Part shown: positions 45,383 to 55,088 of the stretch, in pieces
Numbering within the stretch: the first letter of the stretch is position 1
Layout: every line of letters begins with the position of its first letter
Virus record (IMG/VR): IMGVR_UViG_3300045241_000083
Coordinates: 7,000 to 70,999 of that record
Strand: one strand, 5' to 3'
DNA from: a virus
DNA: 64,000 nucleotides
Notes under the pieces: model-generated
Told to the model about the DNA's origin: nothing
Database searches by the model: none
The model's input: only the letters and a program-made list of their open reading frames with translations
Position numbers and translations under genes: made by a program

Positions 45383-45576
45383 GCCTTCCCCGCCTTCCCC
45401 GCCTTCCAGTTCTCGTCCGCGTGCTTACGCAGCAACTCGAACACGAAGCAGGGAGAGCGGAATCGGTGGAGGATAGTGCATCCCCTGTTCGTGCAGTGAG
45501 GACAATAGTAGCAATCGGGCATAGGCTGGTCGGATTCACGCGGGGCGCTCTCCGGGCGGGTGTCGGGTTTGGTCAT
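45379..45576 (-). CDS. small Cys-rich protein
   Basis: CYYCPHC...C; coupled to the next gene. Confidence 0.4.
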   Translation of the reverse strand: MTKPDTRPESAPRESDQPMPDCYYCPHCTNRGCTILHRFRSPCFVFELLRKHADENWKAGKAGKA

Positions 45577-45751
45577 GGCACTACTCGCGGTTTGGCAAGA
45601 TGCGACACGACACAGGAGGCGATCAACCCTACGCTACCCAGAATGAGAGGCACCCAACTCCACGCGTAACGGTATACCTCAATCACATACGAGAGGATTG
45701 CCCGTCTCGACCACATAGACCGTCATACTTTTGGCCTCTCTGCGATAGCCT

Positions 45752-46399
45752 TCATTCCTTCACCCTGCGGTACACGGGCCACCGACTCCCGTCCAGGGCG
45801 GTCCATACCTCATCTGTCTTTACCTTTACGCCGAAGTGCCTATCCATCCACTGCTCATCCGGGCATTGCGCGCCTTCTACCGGTATCCTCAAAGGCTTGA
45901 CCTTCTTCGGCACGGAAGGCTGACCGTTGAGGCACCGCTTGCAGGACCATCCCGACTTCCCGCATCCACACACCCATTCCAAACGCGCCAACCACTCTGA
46001 CTCGGTAACCATCATGCACTTGTACGGGAGAGTGACCTTATCGCCCTCCGGCAGAAGCGGCGTTCCACTCCAATGGATCAGGACCATCGCGCCGCCCTTG
46101 CCATCCACCGGCACCCCGCGTCCCCTCCCCTCGAATCGGCCATCGTCGGGCAGCGGATTACAGGGCGGCGCGTGTCCCGTAACGTGTCCCGTAACGTGTC
46201 CCGTAACCTCGGGATGTCCCGCTACCTGTCCCGCTACCTGTCCCGGTACATCTATTTGTCCCGCTACGACAGGTTTCGGGACATTTACCTGTCCCGGTAC
46301 ATCGTTACGGGACATCCTCTGATGCTTCTTCTTTGCCGCCTCGTACGACATCCCGTCCGCCATTAGATTTGCAATCCCTGCGTTCATCTCCCGTGGCAT
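45752..46399 (-). CDS. hypothetical protein with internal repeat region and Zn motif
   Basis: AGGAG SD before ATG 46399; GHVT/GQVA repeats; CGCG....CKRC. Confidence 0.55.
   Translation of the reverse strand: MPREMNAGIANLMADGMSYEAAKKKHQRMSRNDVPGQVNVPKPVVAGQIDVPGQVAGQVAGHPEVTGHVTGHVTGHAPPCNPLPDDGRFEGRGRGVPVDGKGGAMVLIHWSGTPLLPEGDKVTLPYKCMMVTESEWLARLEWVCGCGKSGWSCKRCLNGQPSVPKKVKPLRIPVEGAQCPDEQWMDRHFGVKVKTDEVWTALDGSRWPVYRRVKE
46173..46314. repeat. cluster of TGTCCCG heptamers (8 direct, 2 inverted)
   Basis: Direct at 46173, 46185, 46197, 46215, 46227, 46239, 46257, 46290; inverted at 46277, 46308. Confidence 0.85.
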
Positions 46400-46493
46400 A
46401 GATTCTCCTCTGAGCGGCCTCCCACTCAGCATCCGTCATGTAGAGTACACGCCGACGCTTCTTCTGTTCTTCGGGCAACCTCTTGCGTCCCAT
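46305..46493 (-). CDS. small ribbon-helix-helix-like regulator
   Basis: MGRKRLPEEQKKRRRVLYMTDAEWE; TGCTATACT just upstream (leaderless). Confidence 0.5.
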   Translation of the reverse strand: MGRKRLPEEQKKRRRVLYMTDAEWEAAQRRIYATGDERRDCKSNGGRDVVRGGKEEASEDVP

Positions 46494-46585
46494 GCCATAG
46501 TATAGCATCTTTTACGGCACATCTACTCTATCCGCGCCGAAGTCCATGTCTCGGCTGGTTTGCCATCGGGCGGCGTCACTTCGAA

Positions 46586-48361
46586 CTACGCCACCCTACC
46601 ACCATGCGAGCGCAGGAGCAGGTGCGCCAGACCGTGGGCGGTCGTTTCATCGTCATGGCCTCGGCTCGCACCGCGTACGCCATCCTTCTCGACATACGCC
46701 AGCATCTCCCGGATCGCGCGCTCGTCCACGATCTCGATACCCTCCAGCCCCGCCGCCCGGTCGTTGATCGCCGTCTGCAAGAGGCTGTCCCGCCTTAGCT
46801 GGCCCTTCTCGGAGACCATGTAGCCCCACCGGGCCTTCTCTGGAGGAGTAATCCGCGTCAACGGTTGGCCGGGGTTGTAATGGCGCAGGTTGGGATAGAC
46901 CGGATCCAGATCGCGCATCTGCTCCATCGCCTGCAACCCGTAGCCCCTCGGATCGTTCTCCACCAGGATTTCAGCGTCGTTGTAAAGGTTTCCTATCACC
47001 GCCATGTCGCGTCCAAAATCCCTCGGAGTGGGCCGGCCAAAGTACGCGGCTACCTGACGCCACGTGTCAGCGCGGTAGATGGCGAATGTGGACCAGTCGT
47101 GCGGATTGCCCTCTGCCAGCCCTCCCACTCCGCTACAGGCGTCCGCGCCGGCCACGTAACGGATGAGCGGGTCCTTCTCTCGTCCACACTCAGGGCAGAT
47201 CGCCACGCCGTCGCGGAGGTATCGCGCGAGGCAGTCGTAGCTGGCCCCGCACGCGCACTCGATGTATCGCACGTCCTCCAGATCCAGCGGCGGATCGTAG
47301 ATTTTGAGGATGCCGTGGAGCTGGTGATCGTCGAAGGCGTGGGAAGGGTCGAATCGCTGCGTCGGCTTCGGCAGGCCGGGGAGCTGCGCCATAAGCCATT
47401 CGACGTTGAAATATGCGTTGGTGCCGCTGCTGATAAAAGCCTCTTCCGCGGTCCAGGGGTACTCCTGCGATACCAGCCCCTTCTGATCGATGGTCTCACG
47501 GCGATACCACGCGAGCTGCGCATCATCCAGACTGTGGGCCTCCGCTCGCTTCTGCTCCTCCTCGGTGCGCGTAAATCCGTCAGGCACGGGCAGCGTACAG
47601 CGTGGGTCCAGGTACCAGGGAACGAACAGCTGGTCGTAGTCCGTCAACCCGTCCTGGCCCTCTATCCAATCGTCGTAGAAGAAATTGAGGCCGTTGGCGG
47701 TGGTCTCCTCGGCGATGTTGCCCCACCGGGCGGCGGTCTTCAGCGACGCATCAAGCTCACGTATGAACTCTGCGTCACCGGGCCACTTACTGCGCTCGCT
47801 GAGGTGGAGGTTTGCGATCTGGGCACCTGAGAACAGGTTGGCGACTCCAGCAGTCGCGGCCACGAGCCTGCTGTTGGTCTGCGGCCAGAACAGTTCTCGC
47901 GTGTTGGCGCGGCCGGCCGGTAGCTTCTTGTCAGATGGGAGGTGACGGTAGAACCGGTCCACGATCTGGAATATCGCCTCGGCGCTGCGCTGGTCGTGCG
48001 CTACGGACGCGGTGAACCGCTCTGCGTTGTTGTACGTGTCGAGGAACATCAGGGCGAGGATGAGCGTGGAGAACCCGGCGCGGCGCGATTTGAGGAGCCG
48101 TTTGCGCCAGCGGAGGTTGGCTATTTTGGGTGATGGGTCGTCAGGGTCGAGGCCCAGCCATTCCATCAGGATGCGCTGCGGCGGGTTGAGGATGAGATCT
48201 ACGATATTGCCGTCCGCGTCGAGGATCCTCAGGTCGCGGAGGGTGATGGGATTGGGTTTGGCAGACTCGTAGTCAGGAGGCAACCACCGGCTTAATGTCG
48301 TCAACAACTCCTCGGAGAACTGTTGTACGTTGTACCGCTTCGGCGATTCGACGAGCAACAT
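46586..48361 (-). CDS. terL: terminase large subunit
   Basis: KSRRAGFST (Walker A), VAHDQ, LHLSE (Walker B), ETTANG, FVPW, QEYP...EAF, GADAC, ILVEND, HDDETTA; exact start uncertain. Confidence 0.92.
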   Translation of the reverse strand: MLLVESPKRYNVQQFSEELLTTLSRWLPPDYESAKPNPITLRDLRILDADGNIVDLILNPPQRILMEWLGLDPDDPSPKIANLRWRKRLLKSRRAGFSTLILALMFLDTYNNAERFTASVAHDQRSAEAIFQIVDRFYRHLPSDKKLPAGRANTRELFWPQTNSRLVAATAGVANLFSGAQIANLHLSERSKWPGDAEFIRELDASLKTAARWGNIAEETTANGLNFFYDDWIEGQDGLTDYDQLFVPWYLDPRCTLPVPDGFTRTEEEQKRAEAHSLDDAQLAWYRRETIDQKGLVSQEYPWTAEEAFISSGTNAYFNVEWLMAQLPGLPKPTQRFDPSHAFDDHQLHGILKIYDPPLDLEDVRYIECACGASYDCLARYLRDGVAICPECGREKDPLIRYVAGADACSGVGGLAEGNPHDWSTFAIYRADTWRQVAAYFGRPTPRDFGRDMAVIGNLYNDAEILVENDPRGYGLQAMEQMRDLDPVYPNLRHYNPGQPLTRITPPEKARWGYMVSEKGQLRRDSLLQTAINDRAAGLEGIEIVDERAIREMLAYVEKDGVRGASRGHDDETTAHGLAHLLLRSHGGRVA

Positions 48362-48983
48362 CCTGATCCACCTGGGAAATAGCAGCCAAGAGGGCCTCGC
48401 GGAACGCGATCATCGCTTTCATGTCCGCCAGCGATCGCGCCAGGTCGGCCGCAGTCTGGATCGTCGCCCGCGTCTCCTGCGCTGTGTCGAGAATAAGCTG
48501 GCGGGGGTCCTTGTGTTTGAACTCGCCGCGCAGGCTGTTGCACACGATACGGGCGCCGTCCTCATCGTGCTCTAGCACATCGAGAAGTTCCGGCAACGGC
48601 TTGACACGACGCTCGGTGCGGAACTTTCCATCCGGCAGCGAAACCTCGACGTCGTACCTAACCTTGATGTCGTGCGCGTGAGGCCCCACGTCGTACCGCT
48701 CGGGATCGTTCGGATCGGTCAGATAGCCGTCGCAGGCGTCCTGGAGCTTGTTGACCCGGCTCAGCGATCGCGTGAGTTGCGCCATCGCGTTTAGTGAGCC
48801 CTGAACGAAGCGCTCGGTTTCCGCCGGGGCCGTCACCATCGCCGCCTTCGCCAAACCCATGCGCTGCAGCCGCTCATGCACGCTCTGAGGAGCGACACCG
48901 TACTTTCTCGCGATCTCGGCTCCGCTCAGGCCGGCCCGCACATCCTGCCGCAGTTGCTCGTCGGTGAATCTAGGTACGCCCAT
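48273..48983 (-). CDS. terminase small subunit candidate
   Basis: N-terminal HTH (GLSGAEIARKYGVAPQSVHERL) plus helical C-terminus, directly upstream of terL. Confidence 0.7.
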   Translation of the reverse strand: MGVPRFTDEQLRQDVRAGLSGAEIARKYGVAPQSVHERLQRMGLAKAAMVTAPAETERFVQGSLNAMAQLTRSLSRVNKLQDACDGYLTDPNDPERYDVGPHAHDIKVRYDVEVSLPDGKFRTERRVKPLPELLDVLEHDEDGARIVCNSLRGEFKHKDPRQLILDTAQETRATIQTAADLARSLADMKAMIAFREALLAAISQVDQDVARRIAEAVQRTTVLRGVVDDIKPVVAS

Positions 48984-49095
48984 CAGGGAATCTCAGGAGC
49001 CATAATGCTCCCATCATACACCCCCAACAACGGTTTACGCAATGGGCGCTATCATCTTCTCCCGGCCTGCCCCGGCTATATCTGCCTCTGTCGGT

Positions 49096-49125
49096 TTGAC
49101 TGACAATAGTCACCTGTGATATACT
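49096..49125 (+). promoter_or_regulatory. early promoter
   Basis: TTGACT-18 bp-TATACT with extended TG; ATG 7 nt downstream (leaderless). Confidence 0.65.
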
Positions 49126-49132
49126 CTCTACC

Positions 49133-49330
49133 ATGCCACAGACTGAGTATACCGCTCGTGAGTTCGCGATGCGTAAGGGCGTTTCCTACTCCTGCGTACG
49201 CTCGTGGCTCGCACATGACCGCATACCTGGTCAACGCAAGCATGGCCGCGACTGGCTCATACCTGCCTCTGCGTTGCCTCTCATCGATAGACATCCTCGA
49301 AAAACCGGCAGACCTCCACTCCGAAAATAA
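49133..49330 (+). CDS. excisionase/MerR-like HTH DNA-binding protein
   Basis: YTAREFA.RKGVS...VR.WL...RIPG.RK.GRDWLIP...GRP. Confidence 0.8.
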   Translation: MPQTEYTAREFAMRKGVSYSCVRSWLAHDRIPGQRKHGRDWLIPASALPLIDRHPRKTGRPPLRK

Positions 49331-49400
49331 ATCGAAAATAGTTGGAACACGTAGACAAACGGTTGTTATCTACTTTGTCACATGCGCCTATAATCTAGGT

Positions 49401-49658
49401 ATGAAGATAACCAAAAACTACTCGGTCATTATCCCTGGCGCCAAGCCTGTTACCATTAGGCAGACAACGACTGTCCAGCACGCGCTGAAACATGCCTGCT
49501 ATGCCTCACAGCTGCGCATCAGGGTATCCGTGATAGATAACCGAACACAGGTTACCATAACCGAGCTGCCGCCTATCGACAAGGCGCATGCCGAGAAACC
49601 TCACTGCAAGCGCGACAGGCAGTATCTCAAGGCCGCTCGCAAAGGAGAATCGAAATGA
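49401..49658 (+). CDS. hypothetical protein
   Basis: TATAAT at 49389-49394, 6 nt before ATG. Confidence 0.55.
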   Translation: MKITKNYSVIIPGAKPVTIRQTTTVQHALKHACYASQLRIRVSVIDNRTQVTITELPPIDKAHAEKPHCKRDRQYLKAARKGESK

Positions 49659-49921
49659 CCGTACGAGAACTCATCGCACACTTGCAAGACATTGACGGCA
49701 ACCTCCCCGTTACTATCGTCACCGGACTGAGAACGGATGACGATGAGCCATATTGCCTCGAAGATCGCGAGGAACTGACCGAGCTGTCATGTGTCTATTG
49801 CGGCGAAACTCCGACATTCCCGGAATCGCTCGTCATCGAATGCATTCGCACAAGCAATCAAGATGCAGCCGCCGAATCATGGTCCTACGATATAGACGCT
49901 ATGTTCGCCGCACATAACTAG
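49655..49921 (+). CDS. hypothetical protein (MTVRELIAHLQ type)
   Basis: AAGGAG SD; common phage N-terminus. Confidence 0.65.
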   Translation: MTVRELIAHLQDIDGNLPVTIVTGLRTDDDEPYCLEDREELTELSCVYCGETPTFPESLVIECIRTSNQDAAAESWSYDIDAMFAAHN

Positions 49922-49950
49922 ATTCACACCCATACAAGGAGAACACCGTA

Positions 49951-50547
49951 ATGGCACGCACGAAATCACAACCGAATACGCTCGCACCGGACACAACACC
50001 CGTAGAGGACACTCAGACCGCCGTACGGACGCCGGAGGACGCTCCGCCGGCAATGGCAGTGCCTACCGTCAATCAGGTCGTAGAGACTTACGTCAAACTC
50101 GCGGGAAACCTCACGAAGATCGACGCGAACGCTAAGTACAATTGGGCAGCGAAACTCTCCGGCCTGCTCGACTCCCTCGCCGATGACAGGGCGAGAACCG
50201 CAACCTCTACCGAGATCGGCAAAAGCATCGCCGAAGGACTCGGACGCGAAAAAGCATATTCCGGCTCATGGGTAAGACAGCACGCGGCAGCATACGCGAA
50301 GTTCCCCGAAGGACTTCATTCGCCGGAAGAGTTCAAAGCGTTCCTCGATGCCGTGAACGGCAACACGGCACGCACAGCCAAAGCAGACGCGCCTGACACC
50401 GATACCGAAGAGCCGAACGGCGACGGCGCGAATGCCAACACTCCTGACCCGCTCGCACGCCTTGACAGACTCGTCAAGCGACTCCTCTCAGATGGTTTCG
50501 CGCCGCAGGATATCATCGCGCGAGTAAAGTCCGCGTGTAAATCGTGA
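49951..50547 (+). CDS. hypothetical protein
   Basis: AAGGAG SD. Confidence 0.65.
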   Translation: MARTKSQPNTLAPDTTPVEDTQTAVRTPEDAPPAMAVPTVNQVVETYVKLAGNLTKIDANAKYNWAAKLSGLLDSLADDRARTATSTEIGKSIAEGLGREKAYSGSWVRQHAAAYAKFPEGLHSPEEFKAFLDAVNGNTARTAKADAPDTDTEEPNGDGANANTPDPLARLDRLVKRLLSDGFAPQDIIARVKSACKS

Positions 50548-51473
50548 ATACCCTCAATCTCACTGACGAGGACCTCGAACTCCTCGGGCTGACCCGCGAA
50601 TCCCTGCCGGAGGTACTCAATCCGGCAGGGCAGCCACAGGAGAATGCGCCGCAAGCCGCACAGGACGCGCGTACAGGCACGGCGGGCTTTATCGCCCCGT
50701 CCTGGTATCCTCTGCTCTCGTTCGCGCTTGTGAGTGATAGTGAACGCGGAGCTATGCTCTTCGGCCCGCGCGGGTGCGGCAAGTCAACAACCGTCCGGGA
50801 ACTCGCACGAACGCACGACGCGCCGACAGTGACCATGCAGTGCGCGGCGAATATGCAGATAGACGCGCTCATAGGCTGCTGGACCGCCGAGAACGGGCAG
50901 ACCATCTGGGTAGACGGCCCGCTGACTATCGCCGTCCGTACCGGCGCATGGCTGCTCGCCGAAGAAGCGAACACAATTCATCCCGGCGTATGGTCGGCGG
51001 TAAATACTCTCACGGATAAGACGGGCGATGGACTGCGCCTGCCGACCGGGGAAGTCATACCCAATTCACCCGCATTCCGCCTCTGCCTGCTCTATAACGA
51101 AGGCAGTCAGTACACCGGGACTCGCGACGTGAACGCCGCTCTCAAACGCAGACTCGTGCCGATCTACGCCGACTATCCCGATGCGGCAAGCGAGCTCGCC
51201 ATAGTCGCGAACCTGACGGGCGGGAATTGTAGCTCGGCTACATACGAGCGCGTGATAAAGTGCGCAGCCATGATACGTGCCGCTAACCTGCGATTCGATC
51301 TCTCGCCGGATATCCTAGCGCGCTGGATCAACGTAACTATGCACGGCGTAGCCTCATGGCAGGACGCGTTCCGAATGTGCGTGATGGACCTGGTAGGCGC
51401 ACCGGAACAGACACAGGCGCAACGCACCGTGCTCGCCGAGATCGCACGCAATTGCGGAATGGAGACATGGTAA
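50544..51473 (+). CDS. MoxR/CbbQ/CobS-like AAA+ ATPase
   Basis: GPRGCGKST, WVDGPLTIAVRTG, LLAEEAN, FRL....N...Y.GT...NAALKRR. Confidence 0.9.
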   Translation: MNTLNLTDEDLELLGLTRESLPEVLNPAGQPQENAPQAAQDARTGTAGFIAPSWYPLLSFALVSDSERGAMLFGPRGCGKSTTVRELARTHDAPTVTMQCAANMQIDALIGCWTAENGQTIWVDGPLTIAVRTGAWLLAEEANTIHPGVWSAVNTLTDKTGDGLRLPTGEVIPNSPAFRLCLLYNEGSQYTGTRDVNAALKRRLVPIYADYPDAASELAIVANLTGGNCSSATYERVIKCAAMIRAANLRFDLSPDILARWINVTMHGVASWQDAFRMCVMDLVGAPEQTQAQRTVLAEIARNCGMETW

Positions 51474-53038
51474 TGGCACAACCTATCTACTACTCTCAAG
51501 CCGCATTGGAAGGATTCGCCAAAGCGTTCGCAAGCCGCCCCGAGATCGGCGTAACAGTCCGAGTCGGCGGGAACGGGGCTGCAAGCGTCGATAGCAACGG
51601 CACGATAAACCTGCCCGGCATGAACACCTATCAAACACAGGCGCAGTTCGAGGATACCTGCGCGACCATCATCCACGAGATCGCACATGTCAAGCTCGGT
51701 TCGCACGAAGAGTTCGCCAAATACGCAAAATGGCACACCAAACGCCTGTTCATGGACTGCCTGAACGCAGTCATGGACGTAGCAGACGAAACCGAGATCG
51801 GACGCATGGAACTCGCCAACGGCAATCCGCGCGCCGAAAAGCTCATGCTCGGCGCGAACGTGCGGACCATGAACAAGAACCGGGCGAAGATGACGAAACC
51901 GGGCGAAGCTCCGCTCCACTGGCAGATACTCGCGACCGGAATAATCAAGGCGCGCTGCATGGCGCGCGGGAACAATATCCGATACAAGACAACCATCGGC
52001 CGAACGCTTGCGGCAACGCACACGAACATAGACATAGCGGCAGCCTATCGCATACTCGCCGCCGCTCGCAAGCCCTTCCCGCGACCGCCGCACCGCCCTG
52101 CAAACATGCATCGCCCGCTTATCAGAATGGCCGACCGACTCGCCACGATTCTACGCGACTGCGCTCCGCCCGATAACAGCGACGAAACGCCTATGCCAGG
52201 AGGAGCGGGACTCGGCGAAGCTCTTGCGGCAGGCAATGCCACAATCCCCGCAAATGGCGTTCTCGCAGGCGTACAGGCAGGCGAAGCTCTTGCGGGTACT
52301 GGAGCAGGGCCAGCGCAGCAGAGTGGCACAGGCGCGGGCGGAGGCGGGTATGCCGATGATGGAGTAACTGCATGCGAGGAGACTCGGCGAATGTTGGAAC
52401 CGGTCATACGACGCATGGCCGAACGCATGGCTACAGATGGAGACAGCCTCACCAGGGACGGCGGCTACTACCAGGGCAGCGGAGTCCGTGACGCGTATCG
52501 CGTGCTCACTGACGGAGCATGTATGGGACGCTGGCAGCTCGACCCGCACGCGGACGGCATGGCCGTAGCAGTAGTTCTCGACATATCGCAGAGTATGGAC
52601 CCACGCATGGCCGAAACTGCGGGACTGGCCGAAGCCTTCGCCGCGGGCATGGCCGACTGCGCCGACGTGCGGCGATTCACGTTCGGCCTGCAAGTCTACA
52701 CGGTCGACTCGTTTACCGCGCCGATAATCACAGAAGGATGGACAGAGACGCACTTGGCGATTCACGAAGCGCGGGAATGGCTTATGACGCGCGAAGCCGG
52801 AAAGAAGGTCATGGTCGTACTCACAGACGGCAGACCCGATAACTTAAGCGATACGCAGACCGAATGCGGCAGGACACATGACGCGGGAATCTCCCTAATC
52901 GGAATCGCCCTCGGCATCGAAGCGGACAGTATACGCGACAGTATGCCGAGAGCGGCCATAGCGCAGGCCGATGACGCGCCGAGACTGGCGATCGAGCTCG
53001 AACACTTAACTGCTCAGATGGAAGCCCTGACAGTCTGA
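51473..53038 (+). CDS. CobT-like vWA protein with N-terminal HExxH
   Basis: IIHEIAH; MIDAS DISQSM...T...VLTDGRP. Confidence 0.88.
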   Translation: MAQPIYYSQAALEGFAKAFASRPEIGVTVRVGGNGAASVDSNGTINLPGMNTYQTQAQFEDTCATIIHEIAHVKLGSHEEFAKYAKWHTKRLFMDCLNAVMDVADETEIGRMELANGNPRAEKLMLGANVRTMNKNRAKMTKPGEAPLHWQILATGIIKARCMARGNNIRYKTTIGRTLAATHTNIDIAAAYRILAAARKPFPRPPHRPANMHRPLIRMADRLATILRDCAPPDNSDETPMPGGAGLGEALAAGNATIPANGVLAGVQAGEALAGTGAGPAQQSGTGAGGGGYADDGVTACEETRRMLEPVIRRMAERMATDGDSLTRDGGYYQGSGVRDAYRVLTDGACMGRWQLDPHADGMAVAVVLDISQSMDPRMAETAGLAEAFAAGMADCADVRRFTFGLQVYTVDSFTAPIITEGWTETHLAIHEAREWLMTREAGKKVMVVLTDGRPDNLSDTQTECGRTHDAGISLIGIALGIEADSIRDSMPRAAIAQADDAPRLAIELEHLTAQMEALTV

Positions 53039-53073
53039 CAGTTGACTGACACATTCGAAAAAGGAGAACGACC

Positions 53074-53457
53074 ATGCCCTCAATGACACAAGCCGAACGC
53101 AACACCGAGAAGCGACTCACCTGCGCCGAATCCTCCGTCGCACGATGGGTGAACGAGAACGCGGACGAGATAACAACCGCGCTCCGCCATGCCGGTGAGC
53201 TGGACCTGTGCGACGAGCTGCGCGGCTTGCTGCACGAATGGCGCAACGCATCCCAGGCGTACCTGATGAACCAATGCGAGCAGGAGGAGTCGGCCCCGGG
53301 ACCGCACAAATGCGATGCCGAAGCGGAGAGTGAAACCGGTGATGCTCTATGCTCCGTGTGCGGCGGCCGCTGGTACTTGCCCGTAACACCGCCCGTGCCA
53401 CTCAACTACGATGGCAAACCCTGCGACCTGACGCGAGAGGTTACGCAACGTATCTGA
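53074..53457 (+). CDS. hypothetical protein
   Basis: AAGGAG SD. Confidence 0.6.
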   Translation: MPSMTQAERNTEKRLTCAESSVARWVNENADEITTALRHAGELDLCDELRGLLHEWRNASQAYLMNQCEQEESAPGPHKCDAEAESETGDALCSVCGGRWYLPVTPPVPLNYDGKPCDLTREVTQRI

Positions 53458-53470
53458 CAGGCCGAATCGC

Positions 53471-53677
53471 GTGACTCCCACCGAAATAGCCTGCGACGGC
53501 TGCAATGGCTGTACGGACGCCGTGGGGCCGCTGGCGCTCATCCTGCAAGACCCGCCGAGCGTATGGTTGTGCCGCGCCTGCTGGCAACGCGAAATGACAT
53601 GGCGCGGCAACCATAACCGGCTACACCCGAAACGCACGCCGTACCCGGTCCTAGAGTGGCCGAAAGGAAAAACGTAA
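53471..53677 (+). CDS. small Cys-rich protein
   Basis: CDG...LCRACW..E..WR...N. Confidence 0.5.
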   Translation: MTPTEIACDGCNGCTDAVGPLALILQDPPSVWLCRACWQREMTWRGNHNRLHPKRTPYPVLEWPKGKT

Positions 53678-53895
53678 TGCGCGACCTCGACTCTTTCGGC
53701 CCATATCTCAACAAGGCGCTGGACATATTGCCGCCGCTGCATAAGCCCTTTGAAGACGAGCTCGCGGAGGCGCTGGAACAGACGGAACCGAGTTTTCACT
53801 CCGGGCTTTTCACTGGACTTTACTTCGCACATCACTTCGGGGCCTATCAGGTTGAACAGTTCTTTCGCAAATACAAGACACAAGGAGGAAAATGA
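53677..53895 (+). CDS. hypothetical protein
   Basis: TAATG coupling, AAAGGA SD. Confidence 0.5.
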   Translation: MRDLDSFGPYLNKALDILPPLHKPFEDELAEALEQTEPSFHSGLFTGLYFAHHFGAYQVEQFFRKYKTQGGK

Positions 53896-54356
53896 CGATG
53901 CACAACACTGAGGCAGCAAAGGCCGCGTACGCCAATCACGCGATCAAGATTCCCCCGTCCATGTCCTATGACATCGACGACTTCATAGGCGCAAGGACCG
54001 GAAAGACTGAATCGCTCGTCATCAAGGTCCACTGCTACACGCAGGATAAAGTGCGCGAACTCAGGCGCGCCTTCCCTGGCATCGTGTGGCGTAAGACTCG
54101 CAGGGATTCTATCGGATGGTGGGAGTACAAGGCGCAACTCGATGACACGACAACCATCAAAGTTGTCGGCTGCACCGAAGCGCCGCCGACATGCCGTCAG
54201 GTTACTGAGGAAGTTGAAGTCACCGAGAAGGTTCCGGTCGAGTTCACCGAGGAGATGCAGCCGGTCAAGGTCCCCACGCGCTACGAAGACCGCACCGTCA
54301 CGAAGACCGTCACGCGTTGGGTGTGCGATGAGAGCAAGGAGACGATACCAGCATGA
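53892..54356 (+). CDS. hypothetical protein
   Basis: AAGGAGG SD; PPTCR.V.EEVEV...TRWVC. Confidence 0.65.
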   Translation: MTMHNTEAAKAAYANHAIKIPPSMSYDIDDFIGARTGKTESLVIKVHCYTQDKVRELRRAFPGIVWRKTRRDSIGWWEYKAQLDDTTTIKVVGCTEAPPTCRQVTEEVEVTEKVPVEFTEEMQPVKVPTRYEDRTVTKTVTRWVCDESKETIPA

Positions 54357-54604
54357 GCATTGAACCTATCCGGGCGATCATCGGCCAAATCGCCCCGACA
54401 CATCCTGAAGGCCGTACACGCCCCGTACAGACGCAGGAGAGCGAAATTCGCACGGGAAGGCGCAGGCTCGAGGAGAGGCGCACAGCGCGGGCGACTATAC
54501 TTGCCGCCGTGTGGTTCGTCGCCATCTGGTGCGCCATGCCGTACAGGAGTATGGCGCACAACCTAGCCGTGCCGCCCATAGTGATGGAGGTGTTAGGCAG
54601 ATGA
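54353..54604 (+). CDS. small single-TM protein
   Basis: Coupled; ILAAVWFVAIW. Confidence 0.5.
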   Translation: MSIEPIRAIIGQIAPTHPEGRTRPVQTQESEIRTGRRRLEERRTARATILAAVWFVAIWCAMPYRSMAHNLAVPPIVMEVLGR

Positions 54605-54837
54605 AAACACCATACATAGGGTTCAGCAACGAAACACTGAGCAAGCTCCCACGAGCGAAAACAGGCGACACATTCACCTGTAAGCGGTGCGGTGAGATTC
54701 ACGATCTGCGCGCCTGCGATGACGGATCGACCATCATTCTATGGTACAAGTGCCGAGAAGACACGATGCTGGGCGCAGTAGACGGCAGATGGACTATCGA
54801 CGTGCCATGCGACCACCACGGGGAGGTCGAGCTATGA
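54601..54837 (+). CDS. small Zn-ribbon protein
   Basis: GGAGG SD; CKRCGEIH. Confidence 0.6.
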   Translation: MKTPYIGFSNETLSKLPRAKTGDTFTCKRCGEIHDLRACDDGSTIILWYKCREDTMLGAVDGRWTIDVPCDHHGEVEL

Positions 54838-55088
54838 AGATCACAGTCCGCAAGCTCTGCCCAGTCTGCCGCAGCAAGGTCAAGAGCTACCTGTACGCCA
54901 GTCACGTGCGGCAGTGTCAGTTGACTGACAGAGATGACCTGCTCTTCCCGCCGAATGCCACAGAGGGAGAGCTGCGTTGCAAGGCGGAGCGCATGGGCCT
55001 GTCGTACGGCACAAGCCGGGGCCGCATAGGGCTGGATACGCCCTGCGACGGGATCGAGTACCAACTACCGAGAAAGGACCGGACATGA
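54834..55088 (+). CDS. small Zn-finger protein
   Basis: GGAGG SD; CPVC...HVRQC. Confidence 0.55.
   Translation: MKITVRKLCPVCRSKVKSYLYASHVRQCQLTDRDDLLFPPNATEGELRCKAERMGLSYGTSRGRIGLDTPCDGIEYQLPRKDRT

Noticed and set aside
5017-48983. Genome-wide stop-codon reassignment suggested by the in-frame TAG before the capsid gene
   Set aside because: Long conserved genes are uninterrupted under the standard code, and TAG, TGA and TAA all end genes at sensible boundaries.
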